NCBI GenBank assembly: GCA_963665845.2
Contig: OY762492.1
Coordinates: forward strand, 2,912,001-2,976,000
Length of the DNA stretch: 64,000 nucleotides
Direction: 5' to 3'
From: Candidatus Poribacteria bacterium
GTDB lineage: Bacteria; Poribacteria; WGA-4E; GCA-2687025
The translations under genes and the position numbers were made by a program. Below the pieces are notes generated by a model. That model made no database searches and was not told the origin of the DNA. It worked only from the letters and a program-made list of their open reading frames with translations. How positions within the stretch are numbered: the first letter of the stretch is position 1; each line of letters starts with the position of its first letter. Below, in pieces: positions 19,601-28,694 of this stretch.

Positions 19601-19754
19601 GGCGGACAGCGCGGACGGCGCGGAGACCCCGTTCGCAGGCGAGCCGTTCACCAAGTCGGACGGCGTCGCGTGCCACATGTGCGGCGCCATCATGCTGCGT
19701 TCTGGAACATGCTATGTGTGCGCCAACTGCGGCGCCAACACCGGCTGCGGCTAA
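16677..19754 (+). CDS. nrdJ: Vitamin B12-dependent (class II) ribonucleotide reductase
   Basis: FNSPVWFNCG, SACFI, TTRRAAKM, SNPCSEY, APTGTIG, GAISKTVN, YRDGSK, TSCPD domain and C-terminal CxxC..CxxC. Confidence 0.97.
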   Translation: MVDSRQETTTETATQHSLKVERHFTSPDIHPFDDIEWVERRSAIYSEKGETIFEADNVRVPKSWSQLSTDILVSKYFRKAGVPDTGSERGADQVVRRVARTLRNAGEQDGYFASTDDADNFEAELTHLLIHQMGAFNSPVWFNCGLSQEYGIQGSPGNWRYDESKGEAVMLQDSYLHPQNSACFIQSVDDDLMAIFELAQNEARLFKFGSGTGTNFSTLRGSMEKLTSGGTSSGLMSFLEVLDRGAGATKSGGTTRRAAKMVILDMDHPEIEEFINWKVREEEKVRALIAAGYDSDFNGEAYKTVSGQNSNNSVRITDAFMEAALKDGTWTTTLRTTKEQHSSHNARDLLNQIAEAAWTCADPGVQFDSTINDWHTCANADRIYASNPCSEYMFLNDSACNLASLNLLKYLNADGSFNVADYESAVRTFTVAMEIIVGFSSYPTKRIAENSHTYRPLGLGYANLGALLMVKGIPYESEEGYAWCAALTAVLCGKAYVTSAEIASVKGPFEGFERNRDPMLRVMNKHRAAVYRINPERCPSELLKAAEKNWNEAVQMGEAHGYRNAQATVLAPTGTIGLLMDCDTTGIEPDFALVKFKKLAGGGFFKIINQSVPRALEALGYSKDQIDAIAAYAVGTPTLMGAPYINHSTLQERGLRAEEIDRIEKALPGAMDLNSAVNVWTLGEKTVKRLGYTPEEYNDPRFNLLDALGFTPNQVEEATKAVCGTQTVEGAPDLKEEHTAVFDCANRCGKYGQRSISPMGHVRMMAAAQPFISGAISKTVNLPNEATVDDVRDVYVESWRLGVKAIAVYRDGSKASQPLSAGGSEEEAELEQAQGPVRRRLPDERQSITHKFSVGEHEGYITVGLYEDGSPGEVFLTMSKEGSTISGLMDAFATMTSLALQYGVPLDALVRKFSHMRFEPQGFTSNKQIPLAKSLIDYIFRWLALKFVDEDRENGDAAVYHANLERVQISSLPSAADSADGAETPFAGEPFTKSDGVACHMCGAIMLRSGTCYVCANCGANTGCG

Positions 19755-19770
19755 ACACAACGCGGCAAAT

Positions 19771-19810
19771 GCGCGGGCTGGAGGCTTCGCTTCAGCCCGC
19801 GCTGTCTTTC
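19771..19810 (+). terminator. Hairpin after nrdJ, probable terminator
   Basis: Stem GCGCGGGCTGGAG / CTTCAGCCCGCGC followed by TGTCTTT. Confidence 0.55.
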
Positions 19811-19989
19811 CATGCCGTAAGGCAAATCGTCCGGCATCCGCGCGCATTAAAAGAACAAGGCCGCCTATTCATAAAGGCGGCCTCGCTAGATAAGGAGGTT
19901 AACGGATTCTCCCGCGGGGGAAGGAAATGTGCGGGAGAACCTTTCGCGCTAGAGTATAGCCGAAGCCGCGCCGCGATACAAACCTTTTT

Positions 19990-20436
19990 TCTGACCGCAT
20001 TGGGACAGCTGAACGGCCAAAGCCTTTATTGATGGAAAAAGGCGCCGCCAACCAGGTCGTTCCCCGCTTCCGCGAGGGCATGCATTCCCGCGCAAGCGGA
20101 AATCCAGAGTCGAACAGACAACGTCCGCGTTCATCCTAAGCGTTCAGCAGTACAATTCGTCATTCCCGCGCAAGCGGGAATCCAGAGGCGAACCCGAAAC
20201 CGCCCGCGTCCGGCCGCCGCAAGCGGCGGAAACCCCCCCAGCTCCCCTTTTCAAGGGGGGAGTCTCAGAAACCGCCCGCGCCGCGCCTCTTTCCGTCATT
20301 CCCGCGTCCGGCCGCCGCAAGCGGCGGAAACCCCCCAGCCCCCCTTTCAAGGGGGGAGTCCAGAAAGCCCCCGCGCCGCCTTCCCGTCATTCCCGCCCCC
20401 TCTCCTCGTCATTCCCGCGTAAGCGGGAATCTTAGG
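19990..20436. repeat. Repeat mosaic (D, A, B)
   Basis: Several GTCATTCCCGCG.AAGCGGGAATC and CCCC(C)TTTTCAAGGGGGG units. Confidence 0.85.
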
Positions 20437-20440
20437 CAAC

Positions 20441-20469
20441 TTGAATCAAAAGACGGCTTCGCGTATACT
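20441..20469 (+). promoter_or_regulatory. Putative sigma70 promoter of the MTase/DUF262 operon
   Basis: TTGAAT-N17-TATACT. Confidence 0.55.
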
Positions 20470-20501
20470 GACACGCACACGGGCGAAATTGGACGCATAT
20501 T

Positions 20502-21425
20502 ATGTCTAGCAACAACAATCTGATCGCTGCGCAGAGGGCGAGGTTCGACGAGTTTTACACCCAACTTTCGGACATCGAGCGCGAACTCAAAGAGTACCGA
20601 GAGCATTTCAGCGGCAAAACGGTCTACTGCAACTGCGACGATCCCACTGTCAGCAATTTCACCCGTTATTTCCAGAAAAACTTCGAATTCTTCGATCTGA
20701 AACGGTTGATAACGACCTGCTACAAAAGCCGGCAGCCGAACCTCTTCAGCAAACACGACACGGAATCTGCTGTCTGGCTTGAGTATGTCGGCAACGGCAC
20801 AGAACCTATCGTCCGTCAACTGGAAGGCGACGGCGACTTCAAGAGCGACGAGTGCATTGAGTTTCTGAAGCAAGCGGACATTGTGGCCACAAACCCGCCA
20901 TTTTCTTTGTTCAACGAATACATCGCGCAGCTGATCGAATACCGCAAGAAGTTCCTCGTGATTGGCAACTTTAACGCGGTATCATACAAAAAGGTGTTCC
21001 CCCTTATCAAGAGCGGTAAAGTTTGGCTTGGTTTCAGCCCCAGAGGCATGACATTCGAAGTCCCCAACGATAATGGAGAAATATCCACCAAAACAACCAA
21101 CGCCGCATGGTTCACCAACCTTGACCACAGAAAGCGGCGTAAAGACATACGCATCTACAGGAAATACGCCCCTGAAGAATATCCGAAATACGACAACTAC
21201 GACGCCATCGAAGTAGGCAAGGTCGCTAAAATCCCAGCGGACTATGCTGGAGAAATGGGCGTGCCGATTACCTTTTTGGACAAGCACAACCCAGACCAGT
21301 TTGAAATTATCGGCATGGACCGACCGCTCATAACCCAGCTAACAGGCAAACAGAGCAGATTTAAAATCAACGGCGAAGAGATTTATGCGCGAATCGTCAT
21401 CCGCAACAGGAGGCTGCAGGAATGA
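20502..21425 (+). CDS. Adenine-specific DNA methyltransferase, EcoRI family
   Basis: DEFYTQLSDIE, VYCNCDDP, GDGDF.S.EC, TNPPFSLF, WFTNLDH, YDNYDAIEV, MGVPITFLDK. Confidence 0.93.
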   Translation: MSSNNNLIAAQRARFDEFYTQLSDIERELKEYREHFSGKTVYCNCDDPTVSNFTRYFQKNFEFFDLKRLITTCYKSRQPNLFSKHDTESAVWLEYVGNGTEPIVRQLEGDGDFKSDECIEFLKQADIVATNPPFSLFNEYIAQLIEYRKKFLVIGNFNAVSYKKVFPLIKSGKVWLGFSPRGMTFEVPNDNGEISTKTTNAAWFTNLDHRKRRKDIRIYRKYAPEEYPKYDNYDAIEVGKVAKIPADYAGEMGVPITFLDKHNPDQFEIIGMDRPLITQLTGKQSRFKINGEEIYARIVIRNRRLQE

Positions 21426-22504
21426 AAATCGAGCCGCTCGATCTCACGGTGCGGGAGCTTGTCGCGGATTATGAGGATGACGGCGAAGATGGCGTGACTG
21501 GATACGGCGGCAAACTGGACATACGTCCGCCGTATCAGCGGGAGTTTATCTACAAAGACAAGCAACGCAACGCGGTCATCGAATCGATTCTGGAAGGATT
21601 CCCGTTGAACGTGATGTATTGGGCAGGCCGAAAAGACGGCAGGTTCGAGATCATCGATGGACAGCAGCGCACCATCTCCATAGCGCAGTATGTGGACGGC
21701 GATTTTTCGGTCGATGGGCTGTACTTCCACAATCAGCCGTCCGACATACAGGAATCGATACTGAATTACGAGCTGATGATCTACGTCTGTACTGGGAGCC
21801 ACAGCGATAAGTTGAAGTGGTTCAAGACGATCAACATTGCCGGAGAGGAGCTGTCCAACCAAGAATTGCGCAACGCCGTCTACGCTGGACCTTGGTTGTC
21901 GGACGCCAAAGGGTATTTTAGTCGGCGCACTTGCCCTGCGTCCGACGTCGGCAAAGATTATGTCAAAGGATCGTACATCCGGCAAGAGTACCTGGAGACC
22001 GCGATCCGATGGATCAGCGGCGACGAGATTGAGGACTACATGGGGACGCATCAGCATGACGAAAACGCGGAGCCGCTATGGGCATATTTTCAAGAGGTTA
22101 TCGAGTGGGTTGAGTCGACGTTCAGGACCAAAAGATCGTTCATGAAGGGCGTAGATTGGGGTACGCTGCACCGCGACTTTGGCGGCGCCGACCTTGACCC
22201 CGAAGAGATTGAGCGGAAAACCGCCCGACTTGTAGCGGACGATGACGTGACGCGGAACGCGGGCATCTACCCGTACATCCTGACGGGCGATGAAAAACAT
22301 CTGAACATACGCGCCTTTCCAGACAAGACGAAGCAAAAGGTGTACGAGAAACAGTCCGGCGTTTGCCCCGTCTGCGAGGACGAATTCGAACTCAAAGCGA
22401 TGGAAGCCGACCATAAGACGCCCTGGTCGGAGGGCGGCAAGACCGACGAGGAGAATTGCCAGATGCTTTGTAAATCGTGCAACAGGGAAAAGTCCGCGCG
22501 GTAA
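21422..22504 (+). CDS. DUF262 (GmrS-like) domain plus C-terminal HNH endonuclease
   Basis: PPYQREF, IIDGQQRT, FKTIN. C-terminus CPVC..ADHKTPWSEGG..NCQMLCKSCN. ATGA overlap with the MTase. Confidence 0.92.
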   Translation: MKIEPLDLTVRELVADYEDDGEDGVTGYGGKLDIRPPYQREFIYKDKQRNAVIESILEGFPLNVMYWAGRKDGRFEIIDGQQRTISIAQYVDGDFSVDGLYFHNQPSDIQESILNYELMIYVCTGSHSDKLKWFKTINIAGEELSNQELRNAVYAGPWLSDAKGYFSRRTCPASDVGKDYVKGSYIRQEYLETAIRWISGDEIEDYMGTHQHDENAEPLWAYFQEVIEWVESTFRTKRSFMKGVDWGTLHRDFGGADLDPEEIERKTARLVADDDVTRNAGIYPYILTGDEKHLNIRAFPDKTKQKVYEKQSGVCPVCEDEFELKAMEADHKTPWSEGGKTDEENCQMLCKSCNREKSAR

Positions 22505-22613
22505 TCCGCCGCGGCGGCGCGTCCGATTACCCTTGAAAAGGGGCTTTCTGGACTCCCCCTTGAAAAGGGGGGCTGGGGGGGTTTTCCGCGGGCGCGCTGG
22601 TTACGCTTGGTTT

Positions 22614-22703
22614 TGAACTAGGATTAAAGGATTAGTAAGATTGCCAAGATAGCGATTTCAGGATTTTCTTGGCAATCTTTTCAATCTTGGCAATCCTAGT
22701 TCA
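22614..22703. repeat. Family-C miniature inverted-repeat element
   Basis: TGAACTAGGAT...ATCCTAGTTCA with internal (A/G)GATT subrepeats. Confidence 0.8.
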
Positions 22704-22717
22704 GACAATAACTGCGG

Positions 22718-24523
22718 CTAAGATTCCCGCTTGCGCGGGAATGACGACCTGATTGATGACATGAGGTCAGGATTTCCGCTTCCCCCGACGGGGCGGCAGG
22801 AGCGCAGCGCCGGCAGAAAATACTCCTCCGCGACCGTCTCCCAGCTCATTTTGCGGGCGATCTTGTAGCCGCGGTCTAGCAGCGCCTGCGCCTCGACCTC
22901 GTTTTTCGGGAGACGTTTAAACAGCTCCTCCGCGGCGTCGGCGGCGCGCCTGCGCTCGATCGCGTCCCGTTCCGCCCATCCGATCTGGTCAGCCGCTTCA
23001 GGGGACAGATGCCCGCCTTCAACCTGCGTGTAGTCGACCGCAATCAGGCTCGGCGGGTTCGGCTCCCCCGCCGCTTTTTGAACAAAGCCGACGCAGCCGC
23101 ACACGTTCGTCACGACGCAGACGGCGCCAAAACTGAGCGGCTCAATCTGCGCGATGCCGAACGGCTCATAGATCGACTGCCCGAATTCGGCGTCCGTCCC
23201 TTGACGGATGTCTAGAAAGCTCATGTCGGCGGGCATGCGCTCCCCGCACCGCTCCTGCGACCATCCGAACTGATTCACAAACACCACCTTCACGGCGCTG
23301 GAGCGTTCGTTGAACGCATTGACGGAGCGGGAGAGCGGTATCTCTCCGCCGACAAGGTCGGGATACCCCTCTCGATGATAGACGGGCCATCCGTACTCTT
23401 TTTCAAGGCGGCGCATCTCATCGCCGGGGCGCCCCGGCCCAATTTCGGTGGAGAGAATGAACATCGCGGCGGTCAGCCCCGCTTCGCGCAGCCGTTCGTC
23501 CAGCGTTTCCAGGACGCGCAGATCGCGCCACAGCCCCTTGCTGGGGACGAGCCGCGTCACATGCGTGAAGATGTAATCGGGCTGAAAACCGAGCAGGCGG
23601 CTTGCGTATTGAACGAGCCGCCCTTTTGCCGTTTTCTTTTCGTCTAAACCGATCCGCTTCGCCGGCGCGCCGTTGTAGACGAGGCGGATGTTCGCCTGCG
23701 CGCATTCATGGCTCAAGAATCGATACTCCTCTTTCACAAGGTCGCCGACCGCAAAGACGCCCCCGCAAAACTGCGCCCGTTCAATGAGCGCGTGCCGATG
23801 CGAACCCCACTGGTTGCCGAGCGCCTGTTCGATGGTTCTGCCCTGCGCGCGGCTCTGGCGCATCAGGTTGTAAAAGCGGGTGTCGTGTCCTGGGTGATGC
23901 TCAACATGGGCGCGGGCGGTGGAGACCTCGTGGGCGTAAAAGGCGGTACGGACGCCGCGTTCGTTCTCCATGACCGCTTTCAGCGCCGTCGGCATGCCCA
24001 TATACTCGTGGGCGATAAAGGCGGTTTCTTCGTTGTCTAAAAGGGCGCGGCATGCGTCGTATGCCGGCTCGGCGATGCGCATCCATTCGTCGTAATCATG
24101 CGCCTGTTCGTAGTCTCCCGACGCGACGCCGAACCGCTGATAGAAGGTGGCTTTGAAGTAGTCGTACTGCTGCGGGTTCAGTTGCGAGGTTTCGATGAGC
24201 AGCGTTTCAACCTCGGCGCTTTTGCCGTCCGGTTTGTTTTCAAGCAGCCGTTTTCCGTAGGAGATCCAGACGCGGTATTTTTCTTCAATCGGTTTAAAGA
24301 GGGCGCGCCAGGCGCCGTCGTCGATGCCGTCGCAGACCGAGTAAAGCGTTTTGGAGTTGCCGCCGAGCCGTTCGGCGGGGTCGGAGCCGAGGCTCCATGT
24401 TCCGACAAGGACGGTGCGGTCGACGGCGTTTTGGTAGGCGTCGGCGGTGAGCAGCCCCTCTAAGACGGTTCCGATGCCGCCCATTTTCTGCGTCGCTTCG
24501 TGCGTGATGTGTACGATGTTCAT
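22718..24523 (-). CDS. GT-B glycosyltransferase, glycogen-synthase (GT3)-like
   Basis: HEATQKMGGIGTVL, AHEYMG, YEPFG, MSWETVA. The last ~20 aa are repeat-derived. Confidence 0.8.
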   Translation of the reverse strand: MNIVHITHEATQKMGGIGTVLEGLLTADAYQNAVDRTVLVGTWSLGSDPAERLGGNSKTLYSVCDGIDDGAWRALFKPIEEKYRVWISYGKRLLENKPDGKSAEVETLLIETSQLNPQQYDYFKATFYQRFGVASGDYEQAHDYDEWMRIAEPAYDACRALLDNEETAFIAHEYMGMPTALKAVMENERGVRTAFYAHEVSTARAHVEHHPGHDTRFYNLMRQSRAQGRTIEQALGNQWGSHRHALIERAQFCGGVFAVGDLVKEEYRFLSHECAQANIRLVYNGAPAKRIGLDEKKTAKGRLVQYASRLLGFQPDYIFTHVTRLVPSKGLWRDLRVLETLDERLREAGLTAAMFILSTEIGPGRPGDEMRRLEKEYGWPVYHREGYPDLVGGEIPLSRSVNAFNERSSAVKVVFVNQFGWSQERCGERMPADMSFLDIRQGTDAEFGQSIYEPFGIAQIEPLSFGAVCVVTNVCGCVGFVQKAAGEPNPPSLIAVDYTQVEGGHLSPEAADQIGWAERDAIERRRAADAAEELFKRLPKNEVEAQALLDRGYKIARKMSWETVAEEYFLPALRSCRPVGGSGNPDLMSSIRSSFPRKRES

Positions 24524-24640
24524 GGACAAGCCCTCCCGCTTCTATAGTAGCGCTTAATGGGGCGCGAGTCCGCAAAGACGCATCTTTCTTGCCTTGCCGT
24601 ACCGGATACGGCATAATCAGGGAAACGAGAGAAGAAACAT

Positions 24641-24805
24641 GGCCTCATGCATAAAGTTGGGACATTTGAACGAACAAACCTCTATTCATGGGAAAAAGGC
24701 GTCGTCAACCAGGTCGTCATTCCCGCGTAAGCGGGAATCTAGAGGCGCCGCCGAAACCGTCCGCGTTCGCCCGCCGGCATGTCCCAACTAAAGACGCAAG
24801 GTCAG
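24641..24805. repeat. Family-D MITE-like element (~165 bp) carrying an internal family-A palindrome
   Basis: G(G/A)CCTCATGCATAAAGTTGGGACAT...ATGTCCCAACTAAAGACGCAAGGTCAG imperfect TIRs. Confidence 0.8.
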
Positions 24806-24822
24806 AGAAACGGGCTGACATC

Positions 24823-25191
24823 ATGAGAACATCACATTATGCGTTCACTATAACCTTTGCGCTGTGCGCCGCCGCCATTTGCGCAACAACAGCGCTGGCT
24901 GCTAACCAGTCCGTCGCAAAAGATCTTTTGCGGGCGGAAGACGGCAGCGTGGTCGCAGGAACGGCGCTCGCCACTAAATCTGACATGGACAGATTGGACC
25001 GCCGACTGGACGATCTAGAGAAGGCGATCGTTCGGATTCAGACATGGGGCTTGGTCATTGGCTGCATCATCACGTTGGCGTCCCCAATTTTGACGGCGCT
25101 CTGGATTCGAAAATTCGGAACGCCTAAAACCATGGTACAGGATGACCAGGGGCGTCTCTTTATTGCGCTTGAAAAAAACGAGAAGAGGTAG
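24823..25191 (+). CDS. Small hypothetical protein (signal peptide, coiled coil, TM; DUF1640-like ATK.D motif)
   Basis: Hydrophobic N-terminus ending ALA. LATKSDMDRLDRRLDDLE followed by a TM helix. Confidence 0.65.
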   Translation: MRTSHYAFTITFALCAAAICATTALAANQSVAKDLLRAEDGSVVAGTALATKSDMDRLDRRLDDLEKAIVRIQTWGLVIGCIITLASPILTALWIRKFGTPKTMVQDDQGRLFIALEKNEKR

Positions 25192-25284
25192 GGACGATTT
25201 CAGATCTGCCATGCGGCGTTGAATAGGAAGCCGTCGCATGGTCATAAGCGGAAGGCGGAAATCTTAGCCGCCGCAGACGCTGTC

Positions 25285-25427
25285 CGCGCCCGCGGAAAAC
25301 CCCCCCAGCCCCCCTTTTCAAGGGGGGAGTCCAGAAATACCGCGCCCGCGGAAAACCCCCCCAGCCCCCCTTTTCAAGGGGGAGTCCAGAAATACCGCGC
25401 CCGCGGAAAACCCCCAGCCCCTTTTTA
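25285..25427. repeat. Tandem ~55-bp family-B units (about 2.5 copies)
   Basis: CGCGGAAAACCCCCCAGCCCCCCTTTTCAAGGGGGGAGTCCAGAAATACCGCGCC repeated. Confidence 0.85.
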
Positions 25428-25449
25428 GCGGGAGCGATCCGCGCGGCAT

Positions 25450-25478
25450 TTGACGAACCCGCCCAGCTTCTGTAAACT
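25450..25478 (+). promoter_or_regulatory. Putative sigma70 promoter
   Basis: TTGACG-N17-TAAACT. Confidence 0.5.
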
Positions 25479-25496
25479 GACCATAAATATGTCCAT

Positions 25497-28400
25497 GTGG
25501 AGAATATCTTGACGAACGGGAGAGGCGCGCGCGCTTTTGTTTTCGCGCTGTTTGTATTGTCTGGAACGGCGGGGCTGGTGTATCAGGTGGTCTGGTCGCG
25601 CATGTTGACGACCCACGTCTTCGGCGCGACGGTTCAGGCGGTCAGCGCGACGCTGGCGGCGTTCATGGCGGGGCTGGCGCTCGGCGCTTACTGGCTTGCC
25701 AAACGCGCCGACCAGATGCGCAGCCCGCTCCGTTTCTACGCCGTCCTTGAAGCCGCCATCGGCTTGTACGCCTTTCTCTTTCCGCTCCTTTTAAAAGGGA
25801 CGCTGGCGGTCTATCTGTTGTTCGCAAAGGGGCGCGACCCGAACGCTTTTTTAACCGCGCTTCGTTTTGCGCTCGCGTTGGCGCTTCTGCTCGCTCCGAC
25901 CGCGATGATGGGCGCGACGCTTCCAGCCTTGGCGCGCCAATTCGCCCGCCGCTTCTCGGACGCCGGACAGCAGGGCGGGTTTCTTTACGCCGCCAACACG
26001 TTCGGCGCGGTCGCCGGCGCGTTGCTTGCCGGCTTCGCCCTGATACGCTGGCTCGGCGTCAACGGGACGCTGTTCGCCGCTGGAATCGTCAACATCGCTG
26101 TCGGAGCCGCCGCATGGTACGCCGCGCGTAAACTCCCGGAGCCGGACGAAGAGGAGGCAACGCCCGAAACGGAACCGACCGAAACGTTCAGCCCCAGCGT
26201 CGTGAACGCCAGCGCCGCCGCCTTCGGGATTTCTGGGTTCTGCGCGCTCGCTTATGAGGTGTTCTGGACGCGCATACTGGTCTTTTTTCTCGGCAGCACC
26301 ACCTACGCCTTTGCGACGATGCTTGCCGCGTTTTTGACCGGCATCGCGTTCGGCAGCGCCGTTTTAGCCCGCTTCCTGCCGCGCATACGGCGGCCGGCGC
26401 TCGCCTTGGGGGCGGTTCAGGCGCTGATTGGGATCGCCTCGGTTCTCTCGCTTCCGATCATCAGCGAAATGAACGCGATTGTGCGCGGCGTCGGGTTCGG
26501 CGGGCGTCCAATGGTGTTTGCTGTTTGCGTCCTTGTCATGCTCGGTCCGACCTTTTTGATGGGCGCGTCGTTTCCGCTGGCGGCGCGCATCGCGTCGGCT
26601 GGATCGTCCCGTATCGCCGCGGCGGTCGGCGGCGTTTATGCGCTCAACACCGCGGGCGCGATACTCGGCTCCGTCGCCGCCGGCTATCTGATGGCGCCCC
26701 TTTTTGGAATACGCAACAGCGTTCTGCTGACGGCGCTGCTCAACCTTGTCGCGGCGGGCTGGGTCTTGTCGGCGGACGCCTCGCTGAACGTCTGGGAGCG
26801 GCGCGCGCCTCTTTTGACGGGCGCGGCGGTTGTGTTCGCGGCGTTTTTCCTTTTCCCAAAAACGCATTTCTTCTTAAAAAGCGCCATCTATTATGAGCAG
26901 TTTAAAGACGAAAAACCGCCCAAAACGCTTTCTTATGTGGAAAACGCGGACGCGAGCGTCACGGTCCTGGAAGACGCCGACGGCATACGCAGCCTCTATG
27001 TCGACACAAACGAAGCGGCAAACAGCAGCCGATGGGACGCCCCGTCTCACCGCGTTATTGCGCATGCGCCGCTGCTGCTTCACCCGAACCCGAAACGCGC
27101 GCTCGTCGTCGGCTTCGGCATGGGCCGCACCTCCAACTCGATCATTCAGCATGGCGTCTTTGTGGACGCGGCGGAGATCTCGCCGGGCGTTCCGGTCGCG
27201 GCGCGGCAATTTTTTTCTAAAGAAAACAACCGCGTTCTCGACTCGCCCCAGTTTCGCCTCCATGTGAACGACGGGCGCAACTACATTCTGACGACGACGA
27301 ACCGATACGACATGATCTCCACCGGCATCATTCATCCGCTGGTGAGCGCCGGCAGCTCCAACATTTACAGCAAAGATTTTTACGAGATGTGCCGCGGCAT
27401 CCTCAAAGAGGACGGGGTGATGAGCCAGTGGGCGCCGCTGCATCGGCTGCCGCTGAAGGAGCTGAAGATCATCGTGCGCACCTTTTTGGAGGTGTTTCCA
27501 CATACGACCGTCTGGTATAAATACACGCCCGATTTTATCATTCTTGCCGGTTCCATGAAGCCGTTTGAGATCGACTTTTGGGAATGGATGCGCCGCGCGC
27601 AGCTGCCCGATGTGGACGCCGATCTGGCGAAGGACGATATGGACGCATGGTCGCTTCTCGACTCGTTTTTGATGGGGCCGGATCAGGCGCGCGCCTTTGC
27701 GGGCGAGGGTCCGATCCATACGGACGACAAGCCGCTGCTGGAATTCTTCGGCTCCAACCTCGGCGGCGAAATGACGACGCAGGCGGAAAATATACGGGCG
27801 ATGGCAAAGTATCGGGAGCCGGCGTTTCCGTATCTGCGCAATTTTACAAGCGCCGCGCAAAAACGAGAGGCGAAAGCGGCGCTGGACGAATACTATGCGG
27901 CAACCGAAAAACTGATACTGGGGCAGGCGGAATTCGCCGAGCTGCGTTATGAAAAAGCGGCGGAATTGTACAACGAAGCGGCGGATCTCAACCCGCTGGA
28001 TCCGACCGTCGGCTACCATCAGCTGGTCGTATCCGAACGCATCCACAGCGAACTGAGCGGCGAGGCGCAGGCGTTGATTCAGCCGCTGCTAAATCGGCTT
28101 CAAGCCGACCCGAACAACCTTGCGCTCATCGCGCAGATCGGAGCGGCGTACCGCGAAGCGGGCGACCTGCAGGAAGCGGTACGCATGTTTCAGCGCGCCT
28201 TGACCCTCTCGCCGAACGACATTCGGTTGTTGCTGCCGCTCGCGGAAACGTACCATCAAAACGGGCAGCTCAAGGAGGCGATCCAGGCGTATCAGAAGGC
28301 GCTGGACATCGACCCGCGGGCGCCGATGGAGATCTACGGGCAGCTGTCGGAGGCGTATGCGGACGCGGGAAATATGCAGGAGGCGATACGGACGCTGCGG

Positions 28401-28694
28401 CAGGCGTTGACGATGGATCCGACGCATGCGTTGACGCATTCGCGGCTTGGGTCTTATCTTTACACGGCGGGTCAACTGGCGCAGGCGGCGGAGCATTTTG
28501 AGCGCGCCGTTGAGCTGGAGCCGAACTCGCGGGCGGCGCGCATTTCATGGTATGAGCTGGGGTTGATTCGGTATCAACAAGGGCGCAGCGCCGACGCCAA
28601 ACAAGCGTTTGAATCGGCGCTGCGCATCGATGCGTCCTTTACGGAGGCGCGGCAGCGGTTGAAAGAGCTTACGGCGCCTCCGGGCTTAGAATGA
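25497..28694 (+). CDS. Fused MFS-like membrane domain / spermidine synthase-like SAM domain with C-terminal TPR repeats
   Basis: SGTAGLVYQVVW, LYAANTFGA, LVVGFGMG.T, VNDGRNY, TDDKPLLEF, multiple TPRs. Confidence 0.9.
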   Translation: MENILTNGRGARAFVFALFVLSGTAGLVYQVVWSRMLTTHVFGATVQAVSATLAAFMAGLALGAYWLAKRADQMRSPLRFYAVLEAAIGLYAFLFPLLLKGTLAVYLLFAKGRDPNAFLTALRFALALALLLAPTAMMGATLPALARQFARRFSDAGQQGGFLYAANTFGAVAGALLAGFALIRWLGVNGTLFAAGIVNIAVGAAAWYAARKLPEPDEEEATPETEPTETFSPSVVNASAAAFGISGFCALAYEVFWTRILVFFLGSTTYAFATMLAAFLTGIAFGSAVLARFLPRIRRPALALGAVQALIGIASVLSLPIISEMNAIVRGVGFGGRPMVFAVCVLVMLGPTFLMGASFPLAARIASAGSSRIAAAVGGVYALNTAGAILGSVAAGYLMAPLFGIRNSVLLTALLNLVAAGWVLSADASLNVWERRAPLLTGAAVVFAAFFLFPKTHFFLKSAIYYEQFKDEKPPKTLSYVENADASVTVLEDADGIRSLYVDTNEAANSSRWDAPSHRVIAHAPLLLHPNPKRALVVGFGMGRTSNSIIQHGVFVDAAEISPGVPVAARQFFSKENNRVLDSPQFRLHVNDGRNYILTTTNRYDMISTGIIHPLVSAGSSNIYSKDFYEMCRGILKEDGVMSQWAPLHRLPLKELKIIVRTFLEVFPHTTVWYKYTPDFIILAGSMKPFEIDFWEWMRRAQLPDVDADLAKDDMDAWSLLDSFLMGPDQARAFAGEGPIHTDDKPLLEFFGSNLGGEMTTQAENIRAMAKYREPAFPYLRNFTSAAQKREAKAALDEYYAATEKLILGQAEFAELRYEKAAELYNEAADLNPLDPTVGYHQLVVSERIHSELSGEAQALIQPLLNRLQADPNNLALIAQIGAAYREAGDLQEAVRMFQRALTLSPNDIRLLLPLAETYHQNGQLKEAIQAYQKALDIDPRAPMEIYGQLSEAYADAGNMQEAIRTLRQALTMDPTHALTHSRLGSYLYTAGQLAQAAEHFERAVELEPNSRAARISWYELGLIRYQQGRSADAKQAFESALRIDASFTEARQRLKELTAPPGLE

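Noticed and set aside
16677-19754. Intein or intron in NrdJ
   Set aside because: No C...HN(C/S/T) splice motifs or LAGLIDADG blocks. The length is explained by the usual insert and the TSCPD/Zn-finger domains.
17325-19847. 840-aa antisense ORF, and similar long shadow ORFs (11996-13177, 26874-28046, 35376-36587)
   Set aside because: Antisense to well-supported genes, expected from high-GC codon bias, and no recognisable motifs.
19855-19950. Possible ncRNA from hairpins downstream of nrdJ
   Set aside because: Two GC stems, but no recognisable RNA family or promoter. Cannot be supported without a covariance search.
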